From a bacterium (lineage in GTDB: Bacteria; Krumholzibacteriota; Krumholzibacteriia; LZORAL124-64-63): a stretch of DNA of 64,000 nt. A program made the position numbers and the translations under genes. The stretch is from the NCBI GenBank assembly GCA_031441465.1, contig JANOEP010000009.1, positions 32,001-96,000 of the forward strand, given 5' to 3'. The notes under the pieces are model-generated. The model had not been told where the DNA came from. It did no database searches and saw only the letters and a list, made by a program, of their open reading frames with translations. Shown piece by piece: positions 48,069 through 56,862 of this stretch; positions within the stretch are counted from its first letter, which is position 1; each line of letters begins with the position of its first letter.

Positions 48069-50066
48069 CTAGGGGACCAGCGCGCTGATCTGGGCGAAGA
48101 TCTGCTCGTCGGTGTAGCCGGCAAGTTCGAGCGACTTCGACGGGCAGGTGGCCACGCAGGTCCCGCAACCGTTGCAGACGCCGGCGTTCACCCTGGCCGT
48201 GCGACGCAGCAGCCGTCCCTGCCGGTCCCGCACCTCGTTCAGTTCGACGGCGCCGTAGGGGCAGACCTCCTGGCAGGCGAAGCAGCCCGCGCAGACGGTC
48301 TCGTTCACGCGGGCGACGACCGGCTCGCGATCCAGCGTCTCGCGCGAGAACAGCACGGCCACCTTGGCCGCCGCCGCGCTCGCCTGCGCCACGGCCTCGG
48401 GGATGTCCTTGGGTCCCTGGCAGGCGCCGGCCAGCATGACGCCGGCGGCCGCCGATTCGACCGGCCTCAGTTTCGGGTGCGCCTCGGAATAGAAGGCGTG
48501 GCCGTCGTAGCCGACGCCGAACTTCTGCGCCAGGCGCGCCGCGCCGGTCTGCGGGCGGATCGCCGTGGCGAGCACGACCAGATCGGCCCGGATCTCCATC
48601 TGCCGGCCCGCGAGGGTGTCGACGCCCGAGACGACGATCTGGCCGCCGTCCTCGTACAGCCGCGACACCTTGCCGCGCAGGTAGAGGACCTCGTCCTGTT
48701 CGACGGCGCGCCGCACGAACTCGTCGTAGCCCTTGCCGGGCGCGCGCACGTCCATGTAGAAGACCACGGCCTTGCCCTCGTGCACTTTGTGCTTGTAGAG
48801 CAGGGCGTGCTTGGCCGTGTACATGCAGCAGATCTTCGAGCAGTACTCGATCCCCTTGGCGCGGTCGCGGCTGCCGACGCACTGCAGGAAGACCACGGTC
48901 TGCGGCACCTTGCCGTCCGAGGGTCGGCGGATCTCGCCGCCCGTCGGCCCCGACGCCGAGGCGAGGCGCTCGAACTGCAGGCCGTCGATGACGTCCGCGA
49001 TCTTGCCGCCGCCGTACTCGGGGTAGCCGCGCAGGCCGGCGCCCGGGTCGCCGATGTCGTAGAGCTGGTAGCCCGTCGCCAGCACCGCGGCGCCGACGTT
49101 TTCGACCACGAACTCGTCCTGCTGCTCGAAGTCCACCGCGCCCGGCCCGCACACCTTTTCGCAGACGCCGCACTTGCCCGTCTTGAAGTGCGTGCAGCGC
49201 TCGCGGTCGATGACCGGCTTGTTCGGCACGGCCTGCGGGAACGGGATGTAGATGGCGGCGCGGTGGCCCAGCCCCGCGTCGAACGCGGACGGGATCTTCT
49301 TCTGCGGGCACTTCTGCTGGCAGACGCCGCAGCCGGTGCACTTCGCCATGTCCACCGAGCGCGCCTTCTTGCGGATCGTGACGCGGAAGTTGCCGATGTA
49401 GCCCTCGACCTTCTCGACCTCGCTGTAGGTGTGCAGCGTGATCAGGGGGTGCTGGGCGACCTCGACCATGCGCGGCGTCAGGATGCACTGCGAGCAGTCG
49501 AGCGTCGGGAAGGTCTCCGACAGCTGGCTCATGTGCCCGCCGATGGACGGCTCCTTCTCCACCATCACCACCGGGATGCCGGCGTTGGCCATGTCCAGCG
49601 CCGCCTGGATCCCGGCGATGCCGCCGCCGACCACCAGCGCGCGCCGGGTCAGCGGCACCTTGATCGGGAACAGGTCCTCGTTGCGCTTGACCTTCTCGAC
49701 CATCATGCGCACCAGGTCGATCGCCTTGTCGGTGGCCGCCGGGCGATCCTCGTGCACCCACGAGCACTGCTCGCGCACGTTCACCATCTCGCAGCGGAAG
49801 GGGTTGAGCCCCTCGTTGAACGTGGCGCGGCGGAACGTCGGCTCGTGCATGGCCGGGCTGCACGCGGCCACCACCACGCCGTCGAGCTTCAGGTCGCGGA
49901 TCGCGGCGCGCACCATGTTCTGTCCCGGATCCGAGCACATGTACTTGTTGTCCACGGCGTGGACGACGCCGGGCAGCGCGCCCGCGGCTTCGGCGACCCT
50001 GGCGCAGTCCACGGTGCGTCCGATGTTCTCGCCGCAGTGGCAGATGAAGACCCCGATCCTAGACAT
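48069..50066 (-). CDS. hdrA: Heterodisulfide reductase subunit A
   Basis: RIGVFICHCG, AACSP, NVREQCSWVH, GGGIAG, TFPTLDCSQC, QCVGSRD, CSKICC, GACQGPKDI. Confidence 0.95.
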   Translation of the reverse strand: MSRIGVFICHCGENIGRTVDCARVAEAAGALPGVVHAVDNKYMCSDPGQNMVRAAIRDLKLDGVVVAACSPAMHEPTFRRATFNEGLNPFRCEMVNVREQCSWVHEDRPAATDKAIDLVRMMVEKVKRNEDLFPIKVPLTRRALVVGGGIAGIQAALDMANAGIPVVMVEKEPSIGGHMSQLSETFPTLDCSQCILTPRMVEVAQHPLITLHTYSEVEKVEGYIGNFRVTIRKKARSVDMAKCTGCGVCQQKCPQKKIPSAFDAGLGHRAAIYIPFPQAVPNKPVIDRERCTHFKTGKCGVCEKVCGPGAVDFEQQDEFVVENVGAAVLATGYQLYDIGDPGAGLRGYPEYGGGKIADVIDGLQFERLASASGPTGGEIRRPSDGKVPQTVVFLQCVGSRDRAKGIEYCSKICCMYTAKHALLYKHKVHEGKAVVFYMDVRAPGKGYDEFVRRAVEQDEVLYLRGKVSRLYEDGGQIVVSGVDTLAGRQMEIRADLVVLATAIRPQTGAARLAQKFGVGYDGHAFYSEAHPKLRPVESAAAGVMLAGACQGPKDIPEAVAQASAAAAKVAVLFSRETLDREPVVARVNETVCAGCFACQEVCPYGAVELNEVRDRQGRLLRRTARVNAGVCNGCGTCVATCPSKSLELAGYTDEQIFAQISALVP

Positions 50067-50946
50067 GGTTCGCCTCCCGCGCCGGGATCAGCGCGTCCAC
50101 GCGGACGGGCACGATGTGGCGGTGCAGGCCGAGCGTCCGCGGCTCGATGCCGAGCGCCAGGCCGATCACCTGGGTGACGTAGAGGACGGGCATCTCGAAG
50201 TCGAACTTCATCTGCTTCGCGATCGCCGGCTGCGTCATGTCGAGGTTCGCGTGGCAGAGCGGGCAGGCGACCATCATCGCCTGCGCGCCGCGCGCGTGCG
50301 CCATCGCCAGCAGCTTGCCCGACAGGTCGCGCACGATGCCGGGCTCGGGCAGCGCCAGCGAGGCGCCGCAACAGTCCAGCCGCAGCGGCCAGGCCACGGG
50401 CTCCCCGCCCGCCAGGCGGACGAGGTCCTCGAGCAGGGTCGGGTCCTCGGCGTCGTCGAAGGCGTTTTCCCCGCGCGGCCGCGTCAGCAGGCAGCCGTAG
50501 TAGCAGGCGACCTTCAACCCGTTCAGCGGGCGCGTCACCTTCGCGGCCACCGCCTCGCTCACGTCCGAGCGCGCCAGCAGCTGAGCCACGTGCAGGATCT
50601 CCAGATCGGGGTCGATGCGGCCACCCACGCGCGCCGCCGCCGCCGGCGCCGCCGCGGGATGGGCGCGCAACTCGGCGCTCGCCGCGCGCAGCCGGGAAAA
50701 GCAGGAGGCGCAGCCGGTCAGCAGGGGCCCCGCTCCGGTCGCCGTGGCGCGGGCGAGGTTCCAGTCGCCCAGCACGTGCGCCGACTCCGCGTCGATCGCG
50801 TGCGCCGGCGTGGCGCCGCAGCAGCACCAGTCCTCGATCTCACGCAGTTCGAAACCGAGGACGCCGGCCACCGCACGGATGGACTCGTCGTACTCGCGTG
50901 CGGTGGCGTGCAGCGAACAGCCGGGGTAGTAGGAAAAGCTGGTCAC
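50059..50946 (-). CDS. hdrB: Heterodisulfide reductase subunit B
   Basis: YYPGCSL, WCCCGA, YYGCLLTRP, CCGAS, ACPLCHANLD. Confidence 0.92.
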   Translation of the reverse strand: MTSFSYYPGCSLHATAREYDESIRAVAGVLGFELREIEDWCCCGATPAHAIDAESAHVLGDWNLARATATGAGPLLTGCASCFSRLRAASAELRAHPAAAPAAAARVGGRIDPDLEILHVAQLLARSDVSEAVAAKVTRPLNGLKVACYYGCLLTRPRGENAFDDAEDPTLLEDLVRLAGGEPVAWPLRLDCCGASLALPEPGIVRDLSGKLLAMAHARGAQAMMVACPLCHANLDMTQPAIAKQMKFDFEMPVLYVTQVIGLALGIEPRTLGLHRHIVPVRVDALIPAREANHV

Positions 50947-51485
50947 GGCTGCTCCTTTCCCGGCAGAGCTTGCCGACGGCGCGCCAGGCCGGGGCCGCGC
51001 AGCGTCTTGCCGTCGAGCCGGATCTTCCCGCGCGTGAGAAGCGCGGGAAGGCTTTCGAGATTCTGGAAAAAGGCCCGCGCGCGCAGGTTGTACTCGGCCC
51101 CCAGCTTGACCTCGCTGAGGCGGCCCGAGGCGAGCACCTGCTGCACGAAGATGCGGTTGAACAGGCGCGCGCGGCGCGCGGCGGCCGGCACGGTGCCGGC
51201 CTGCTCGGCTTCCGCGCGCAGCGCGTCCATCACGCGCGAGAGATCGAGCTCCTGCGGGCAGCGCACCGCGCAAGTCTGGCAGCCGACGCACAGCCACGGC
51301 TGCAGAGCGCTGAGCGGCTCGTCGCTGTCGAGTTGCAGATGCCGCATCACCTGGTGCGGCAGCAGATCGCCGCGGCCCGCGGTCGGGCAGCCGGCGGTGC
51401 AGCAGCCGCACTGGTAGCAACTGAAGACGTTCAGATCCGCGGCCCGCGCGACGCGCGCGCGCAACGATCCCGTCGCGCTGTTCAT
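50943..51485 (-). CDS. hdrC: Heterodisulfide reductase subunit C
   Basis: CYQCGCCTAGCP, WLCVGCQTCAVRCPQ. Confidence 0.9.
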   Translation of the reverse strand: MNSATGSLRARVARAADLNVFSCYQCGCCTAGCPTAGRGDLLPHQVMRHLQLDSDEPLSALQPWLCVGCQTCAVRCPQELDLSRVMDALRAEAEQAGTVPAAARRARLFNRIFVQQVLASGRLSEVKLGAEYNLRARAFFQNLESLPALLTRGKIRLDGKTLRGPGLARRRQALPGKEQP

Positions 51486-51657
51486 GTCCACGCCCCCGGA
51501 ATGGGTCAAGGTCGGGAAAACTCCTCTTCGTGTCTCCGGCGGAAAGGTCTCGCCTCCCGGCCGGCCTACCGACACATCCGATGATTCGGCTGAAATATTG
51601 TTATTGTTTTGACAAATTCAAGAACAATGATGGATCAAGATAATCATATTCAACAAC

Positions 51658-51791
51658 ATAGGTTGTGGCTGGAAGATTGGGTCCACCAGGAATCCATGAA
51701 ATAATATTCAAAATAATATCCAATAATAAACATAAGCAGTGAAGTCGAGTAGGCTCATCCTCCCGGACCCAATTTCCCTGCCACAACCTAT
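51658..51791. repeat. 27-bp imperfect inverted repeat enclosing 80 bp, inside an AT-rich island
   Basis: ATAGGTTGTGGCTGGAAGATTGGGTCC (51658-51684) versus GGACCCAATTTCCCTGCCACAACCTAT (51765-51791), 24/27 complementary. Confidence 0.8.
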
Positions 51792-51878
51792 TGATAGAGA
51801 TATTCAATCTTAATTAATGTACATTGCCCTGCGGCGAATCGCGGCGATGCCGCCACACTATATTTACAGGAGCCCCCC

Positions 51879-54800
51879 ATGAACGACGACCGCACCTATT
51901 CGCTGGGACCCGACGACGACCGCACCCTGCCGCTCGGACCCGCCGGCGGCGGCGCCCCAGGCGAGGACGTCGGCTCGGTGATCGGACCCTACAAGCTGCT
52001 GCGCCGCATCGGCGAGGGCGGCATGGGCGAGGTCTTCGAGGCCGAGCAGACCGAGCCCATCCGCCGTCGCGTCGCGTTGAAGGTCATCAAGCAGGGCATG
52101 GACACCCGCGCGGTGGTGGCCCGCTTCGACGCCGAGCGCCAGGCGCTCGCCCTGATGGACCATCCCTGCATCGCCAAGGTCTTCGACGCCGGCGCCACCG
52201 ACCGCGGTCGCCCCTTCTTCGTCATGGAGTACGTCGAGGGCGAGTCGATCACCGACTACTGCAACCGCCGGCGCCTGGGCACCGACGAACGACTCGAGCT
52301 GTTCGTGCGCGTCTGCGAGGGCGTGCAGCACGCCCACCAGAAGGCCGTGATCCACCGCGACCTGAAGCCATCGAACATCCTGGTCGCGGAGGTCGACGGC
52401 CGGCCCGCGCCGAAGATCATCGATTTCGGCGTGGCCAAGGCCACGACGCAGCGCCTGACCGAGATGACGATGTTCACCGAGCTGGGCCAGCTGATCGGCA
52501 CGCCCGAGTACATGAGCCCCGAGCAGGCCTCCCTGACCGACGACGACATCGACACGCGCACCGACGTCTACGCCCTGGGCGTGGTGCTGTACGAGTTGCT
52601 GTCCGGCGCGCTGCCCTTCGAGTCGCGCGAACTGCGCAAGGCCGGCTACGAGGCGATCCGCAAGATCATCCGCGAGCAGGACCCGCCGCGGCCGAGCACG
52701 CGCTTCAGCGGCCTCGGGGAGCGCAGCACGAGCGTGGCCGATGCCCGCGGCATCGCGCCGAAACGGCTGCAGAGCGAGCTGCGCGGCGACCTGGACTGGA
52801 TCACGATGAAGGCGCTGGAGAAGGACCGCGATCGGCGCTACGAGACGGCCAACGGCCTGGCGGCCGACGTGCGGCGCCACCTGCGCAACGAGCCGGTGAG
52901 CGCCGGGCCGCCGAGCGCGTCGTACCGCCTGGGCAAGCTGGTGCGGCGCAACCGCGGCACCTTCGCCGCGCTGGGGGCGATCGCGGTCGTGCTGGTGGCG
53001 GCCGTGGTGGTCAGCTCGGTCATGTACGTGCGCGCCGAGCGGGCGTCGCGCCTGGCCCGCAGCGAGGCCAGCAAGGCCACGCAGGTGTCGCGCTTCCTGG
53101 GGGACATGCTCGGCGGCGTGGGGCCGCACGTGGCCCAGGGGCGGGACACGAAGATGCTGCGCGCGATCCTCGACGAGACCGCCGCGCGCGTCGGCAAGGA
53201 GCTGGCGGACCAGCCCGAAGTGGAGGCGGCGCTGCGGCTGCAGCTGGGGCTCACCTACCGCCAGCTCGGCGAGTACGAGGCCGCGCAGGAGCAGATCGAC
53301 CGCGTGCGCGAACTCCAGACGGCGTTCGACCGCGCGTCGCCCTTCCCCGCCAAGTTCCTGGTGGAGGCCGGCTCGCTGGCCTGGAACCGCGGCGAGATGA
53401 AGGACGCCGAGGCGACGTACCGGCAGGCCCTGCTGCGCATGGCGGACGCGGCGCCGGTCGATTCGGTCGCCTGGGCCGAGGCCTCCCTCTACCTGGCGAA
53501 CGTCCTGCAGGAGCAGGGTCACTACGTCGAGGCCGACTCGCTGATGCACCTCTCCCTCGCGATCTACCGCGGCCTGCCGCAGGAGTCCGACGCCCTGGCG
53601 GTGAACCTCAACAGCCTGGGCAACCTGTCGCGCTACCAGGGCGACCTTCCGGCCGCCGAAGGCTTCTACAACGAAGCCCTGGCGGTCCACCGCCGGGTGC
53701 TGGGCGACGCCCACCCGTTCGTGGCCACCGACCTGCACAACCTGGGCCGGCTGCTGGACGCGATGGGGCGCAGCGAACAGGGCGAGAAGCTGCTGCGCGA
53801 GGCGATCGCGATCCACGGACGGGTCTTCGACGGCCCCCATCCGGACACGGCGATCCTGCTGCGCTCGCTCGCGGAGCTCATCATGAGTTCCGAACGCTTC
53901 GACGAGGCGGATTCGCTCGCGCAGGCCGCCTGCGCCATGACGCGGACGATCTACGGCGACCACAACGAAAACACCGTGCACGCGCTGATCTCGGTGGCCG
54001 AGGTGCAGTCGCGGCGGGGGAACCTCGCGGCGGCCGAAGCGACCTTCGCCGGACTCGTGACGACCTGCCGCGACACCGGGATCACCGATCCCGGCCTGCT
54101 GTCGACCGTGCTTTACCGACTGGCGACGACGCAGCTGAAGCAGGGGCGCAACCGGGACGCGCTGGCGCCCTTCGCCGAGGCGGTCGAACTCTCGACCGCG
54201 GTCAGCGGCGCGGACCATCCCAACACCCTGCTGTTCCGCAACGACTACGCCCGCGCGCTGGCCGGACTGGGGGACGACGAGGCGGCGGTGCAGCAGCTCC
54301 GCGTGGTCCTCGCCGCCCGGGAGCGGGTCCTGGGCCCGGGGCACCCCGAAACATCGATCACGCGCGTGGATCTGGGACGCAGCCTCCGGCGCCTGGGCAA
54401 GCCGGAGGAAGCCGAGGCTCAGCTGCGTCAGGGGCGCGACGACTACGGGGCCGCCAAGGGGAACGACCATCCCGGGCGCTGGATCGGCACGGTGCACCTG
54501 GCCGGCGCGCTGATCGACCTGAAACGGTTCGACGCCGCCGAACAGGAGTTGCAGGCCGCCGAGGAGTTCTACCTGGAGCATTCCGGGGCGGGCAGCGTCG
54601 AAACCCGGTGGGTCCGCGTGAGGCTTTCCAATCTCTACCTGAGGGCGGGGCGCCGGGCCGACGCCGACCGCATGATGGCCCTGGCCCTGGACGGGACGCC
54701 GGGTCCCGTCGATGCGCGGACCCGCGGTCGGGCCCTGAACGACCGGGGCGAGTCCTGGTTGGCCATGGACAAGCCGGACGAGGCCGAGAAATCCCTGAAG

Positions 54801-54938
54801 GAAAGCTTCAAGATCCTCGAAGCGGAACTGGGCGCCACCAACGGTGACACCCAGTACGCCATGCGCCTGCTGGCCACGACCTGCGACCGTCTGGGCCGGC
54901 CGCGGGACGCGGCCGCCTGGCGCGCACGGCTGCAGTGA
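51879..54938 (+). CDS. Hanks-type Ser/Thr kinase with TM segment and TPR repeats
   Basis: GEGGMGEV, VALK, HRDLKPSN, DFG, GTPEYMSPE; TPR-like repeats. Confidence 0.95.
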   Translation: MNDDRTYSLGPDDDRTLPLGPAGGGAPGEDVGSVIGPYKLLRRIGEGGMGEVFEAEQTEPIRRRVALKVIKQGMDTRAVVARFDAERQALALMDHPCIAKVFDAGATDRGRPFFVMEYVEGESITDYCNRRRLGTDERLELFVRVCEGVQHAHQKAVIHRDLKPSNILVAEVDGRPAPKIIDFGVAKATTQRLTEMTMFTELGQLIGTPEYMSPEQASLTDDDIDTRTDVYALGVVLYELLSGALPFESRELRKAGYEAIRKIIREQDPPRPSTRFSGLGERSTSVADARGIAPKRLQSELRGDLDWITMKALEKDRDRRYETANGLAADVRRHLRNEPVSAGPPSASYRLGKLVRRNRGTFAALGAIAVVLVAAVVVSSVMYVRAERASRLARSEASKATQVSRFLGDMLGGVGPHVAQGRDTKMLRAILDETAARVGKELADQPEVEAALRLQLGLTYRQLGEYEAAQEQIDRVRELQTAFDRASPFPAKFLVEAGSLAWNRGEMKDAEATYRQALLRMADAAPVDSVAWAEASLYLANVLQEQGHYVEADSLMHLSLAIYRGLPQESDALAVNLNSLGNLSRYQGDLPAAEGFYNEALAVHRRVLGDAHPFVATDLHNLGRLLDAMGRSEQGEKLLREAIAIHGRVFDGPHPDTAILLRSLAELIMSSERFDEADSLAQAACAMTRTIYGDHNENTVHALISVAEVQSRRGNLAAAEATFAGLVTTCRDTGITDPGLLSTVLYRLATTQLKQGRNRDALAPFAEAVELSTAVSGADHPNTLLFRNDYARALAGLGDDEAAVQQLRVVLAARERVLGPGHPETSITRVDLGRSLRRLGKPEEAEAQLRQGRDDYGAAKGNDHPGRWIGTVHLAGALIDLKRFDAAEQELQAAEEFYLEHSGAGSVETRWVRVRLSNLYLRAGRRADADRMMALALDGTPGPVDARTRGRALNDRGESWLAMDKPDEAEKSLKESFKILEAELGATNGDTQYAMRLLATTCDRLGRPRDAAAWRARLQ

Positions 54939-54942
54939 TCGA

Positions 54943-55950
54943 CTACAGGTCGTTCTCCAGCACGACCCGGTAGCGCGCCTTGCCCGCCGCCAAGTGGGCG
55001 ACGGCCTTGTTCGCCTCGCTCAGCGGGAAGAACTCCGTCACCGCCTCGATGCCGTGGCGCGTGCAGAACTCCAGCATCTTGCGAATGGTCTCGGGCGAGC
55101 CCAGCGGCGAGCCCGACACGCTCTTCTGCCCCATGATGAGCCCGAAAGCCGGCACCGGAAGGGGCTCCAGCACGGCGCCGACGAGGTGCAGCCGGCCGCG
55201 GGGTCCCAGCGCGCCCAGATAGCGCGCCCAGTCCAACGGCGCGTTCACCGTCGAGAGGATGAAGTCCAGCGAGCCGGCGATCGCGTCGAGCTGGGCGGCG
55301 TCGCGCGAGTCGACGATCCGGTGGGCGCCCATCCCCACGGCCTCGTCGTGCTTGCCGCCGCTGGACGTGAAGGCCGTCACCTCGCAGCCCCAGGCGTTGA
55401 GGAACTGCACCGCGAGGTGGCCGAGGCCGCCGAGGCCGATCACGCCGACGCGGTCGGTCGGCTTGACGCCGAGGTCCAGGATCGGGTGGAAGACCGTGAT
55501 GCCGCCGCAGAACAGCGGCCCCGCCTTGCGCGGGTCCAGCCCGGCCGGCAGCGCGATCGCCCACTCGGCGTTGCAGCGCACCTTGTCGGCGAAGCCGCCG
55601 TGGCGATGGACGATGGTGGACTCCCCGTGCGTGCACAGGTTGTGGTCGCCGCCCATGCACTGCGGGCAGGTCATGCAGCTGCCGCTGACCCAGCCGAGGC
55701 CGACGGTGTCGCCGACCGTGTGGTTCTTCACCCGGCCGCCGACCGCGGCGACGCGGCCGACCACCTCGTGGCCCGGCACGAAGGGGTAGGCGGTCATGCC
55801 CCATTCGTTGTTCAGCATCGAGAGGTCGGAGTGACAGATCCCGCAGGCGGTCACGTCGATCTCCACCTGGTCGGGTCCGAGGGTGCCGGGGTCGTAATCG
55901 AAACGGGCGAGTTGGCCGCCCGCGGCTTGGGCGGCATAGGCACGGATCAT
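54943..55950 (-). CDS. Zn-dependent NAD(P) alcohol dehydrogenase/aldehyde reductase (Ahr/CAD-like)
   Basis: CGICHSD, GHEVVG, structural Zn cysteines, GLGGLGH. Confidence 0.92.
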   Translation of the reverse strand: MIRAYAAQAAGGQLARFDYDPGTLGPDQVEIDVTACGICHSDLSMLNNEWGMTAYPFVPGHEVVGRVAAVGGRVKNHTVGDTVGLGWVSGSCMTCPQCMGGDHNLCTHGESTIVHRHGGFADKVRCNAEWAIALPAGLDPRKAGPLFCGGITVFHPILDLGVKPTDRVGVIGLGGLGHLAVQFLNAWGCEVTAFTSSGGKHDEAVGMGAHRIVDSRDAAQLDAIAGSLDFILSTVNAPLDWARYLGALGPRGRLHLVGAVLEPLPVPAFGLIMGQKSVSGSPLGSPETIRKMLEFCTRHGIEAVTEFFPLSEANKAVAHLAAGKARYRVVLENDL

Positions 55951-56044
55951 CGCTGGTCTCCTCGCTGGAGTGACATGGGGGTCGGTTTCACCCCGGCAGT
56001 GTAGGCGTGGCGGGGGCGAGCCGCTACGGAACCGGGGAATACGC

Positions 56045-56076
56045 GGAACGGGAGAGCCGCGAGGCTCCCCCGTTCC
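56045..56076 (-). terminator. Hairpin downstream of the 56103-56543 gene
   Basis: 14-bp stem GGAACGGGGGAGCC-TCGC-GGCTCTCCCGTTCC on the - strand. Confidence 0.6.
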
Positions 56077-56102
56077 TTCGCGATCGGGTGCCGGCGAACC
56101 GG

Positions 56103-56543
56103 TCAGTGGCGACCGCCGGAAACCGCACGGGCGCCCTTGGTCGGGCACGTGCCGGGACCGAAGCCGGTGCCGTCGCCGGGGCCGGTGCCGCCGTTGCCGG
56201 TGCCGTCGCCCGGGCCGTAGCCGCAGACGCCGCCGGCCATCGACTTCCACATGGCCTTCACACGGTACAGAAAACCTTCCGTGTTCAGCGTGCAGGTCGG
56301 GTCGCAGTCACCCTCGCCGGGGCCGAAGCGGGAGCCCGTGCCGTCGGCGGGCGGAACGTAGTCGGGATCGAGCCCGTTGGGGATGCCGTCGCCGTCGACG
56401 TCCGGGGCCAGATCGTTGAAGCCGTCGCCGTTCTCGTCGACGAAGCCGCCGACGCCGTACCCGTACGACTGGGCGGAGGCCAGGGAAGCGAGGGCCGTCA
56501 GCGCGAGGATCGCGAGCACGGTGAGTGCGAGACGTGTCTTCAT
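56103..56543 (-). CDS. Small secreted protein with DxDGDG Ca-binding-type motifs and Gly-rich GPGDGTG repeats
   Basis: RBS AAGGAG; signal peptide; DENGDGFND, DVDGDGIPN. Confidence 0.8.
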   Translation of the reverse strand: MKTRLALTVLAILALTALASLASAQSYGYGVGGFVDENGDGFNDLAPDVDGDGIPNGLDPDYVPPADGTGSRFGPGEGDCDPTCTLNTEGFLYRVKAMWKSMAGGVCGYGPGDGTGNGGTGPGDGTGFGPGTCPTKGARAVSGGRH

Positions 56544-56602
56544 GGTGTTGCTCCTTCACATCTGCGTGGCTGTCGAGGCGAGGTCTTGTGAGCGGCCGAC
56601 CA

Positions 56603-56619
56603 AGCAGGAGGCGGGCCAA
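56603..56619 (-). promoter_or_regulatory. Sigma-54 -24/-12 promoter
   Basis: TTGGCCCGCCTCCTGCT (GG-N10-GC) about 60 nt before ATG 56543. Confidence 0.6.
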
Positions 56620-56719
56620 GTTCGCGGCACGGGTCCGACCGTCGTCGCAACACGTTGGCTCGCAGGTGATTGCCGTTGGCGGGCCGGCGCCGTCGCGACG
56701 CGGCGCCGGCCCGCCAACG

Positions 56720-56747
56720 CGACGATCTGGTCGAATCGTTCGACGAA
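56720..56747 (-). promoter_or_regulatory. Putative enhancer (activator binding site), copy A
   Basis: TTCGTCGAACGATTCGACCAGATCGTCG on the - strand; 21/28 identical to copy B. Confidence 0.55.
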
Positions 56748-56862
56748 CCTCGTACCGCAAACGACCCTTGTGCTGCGGATAGGCGCGGGGTAAGGTGGCG
56801 CAGCCGGCGCCCTCGCCGTCCGTGCCGGCCCGCCCATCCCCCGTCGCGGAGCTTCTGCCACC

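Noticed and set aside
51601..51807. 68-aa ORF and Rex/FNR-like boxes in the AT-rich island
   Set aside because: The ORF has no RBS or motif; the palindromes TTGACAAATTCAA and TGAAATAATATTCA do not fit FNR or Rex spacing.
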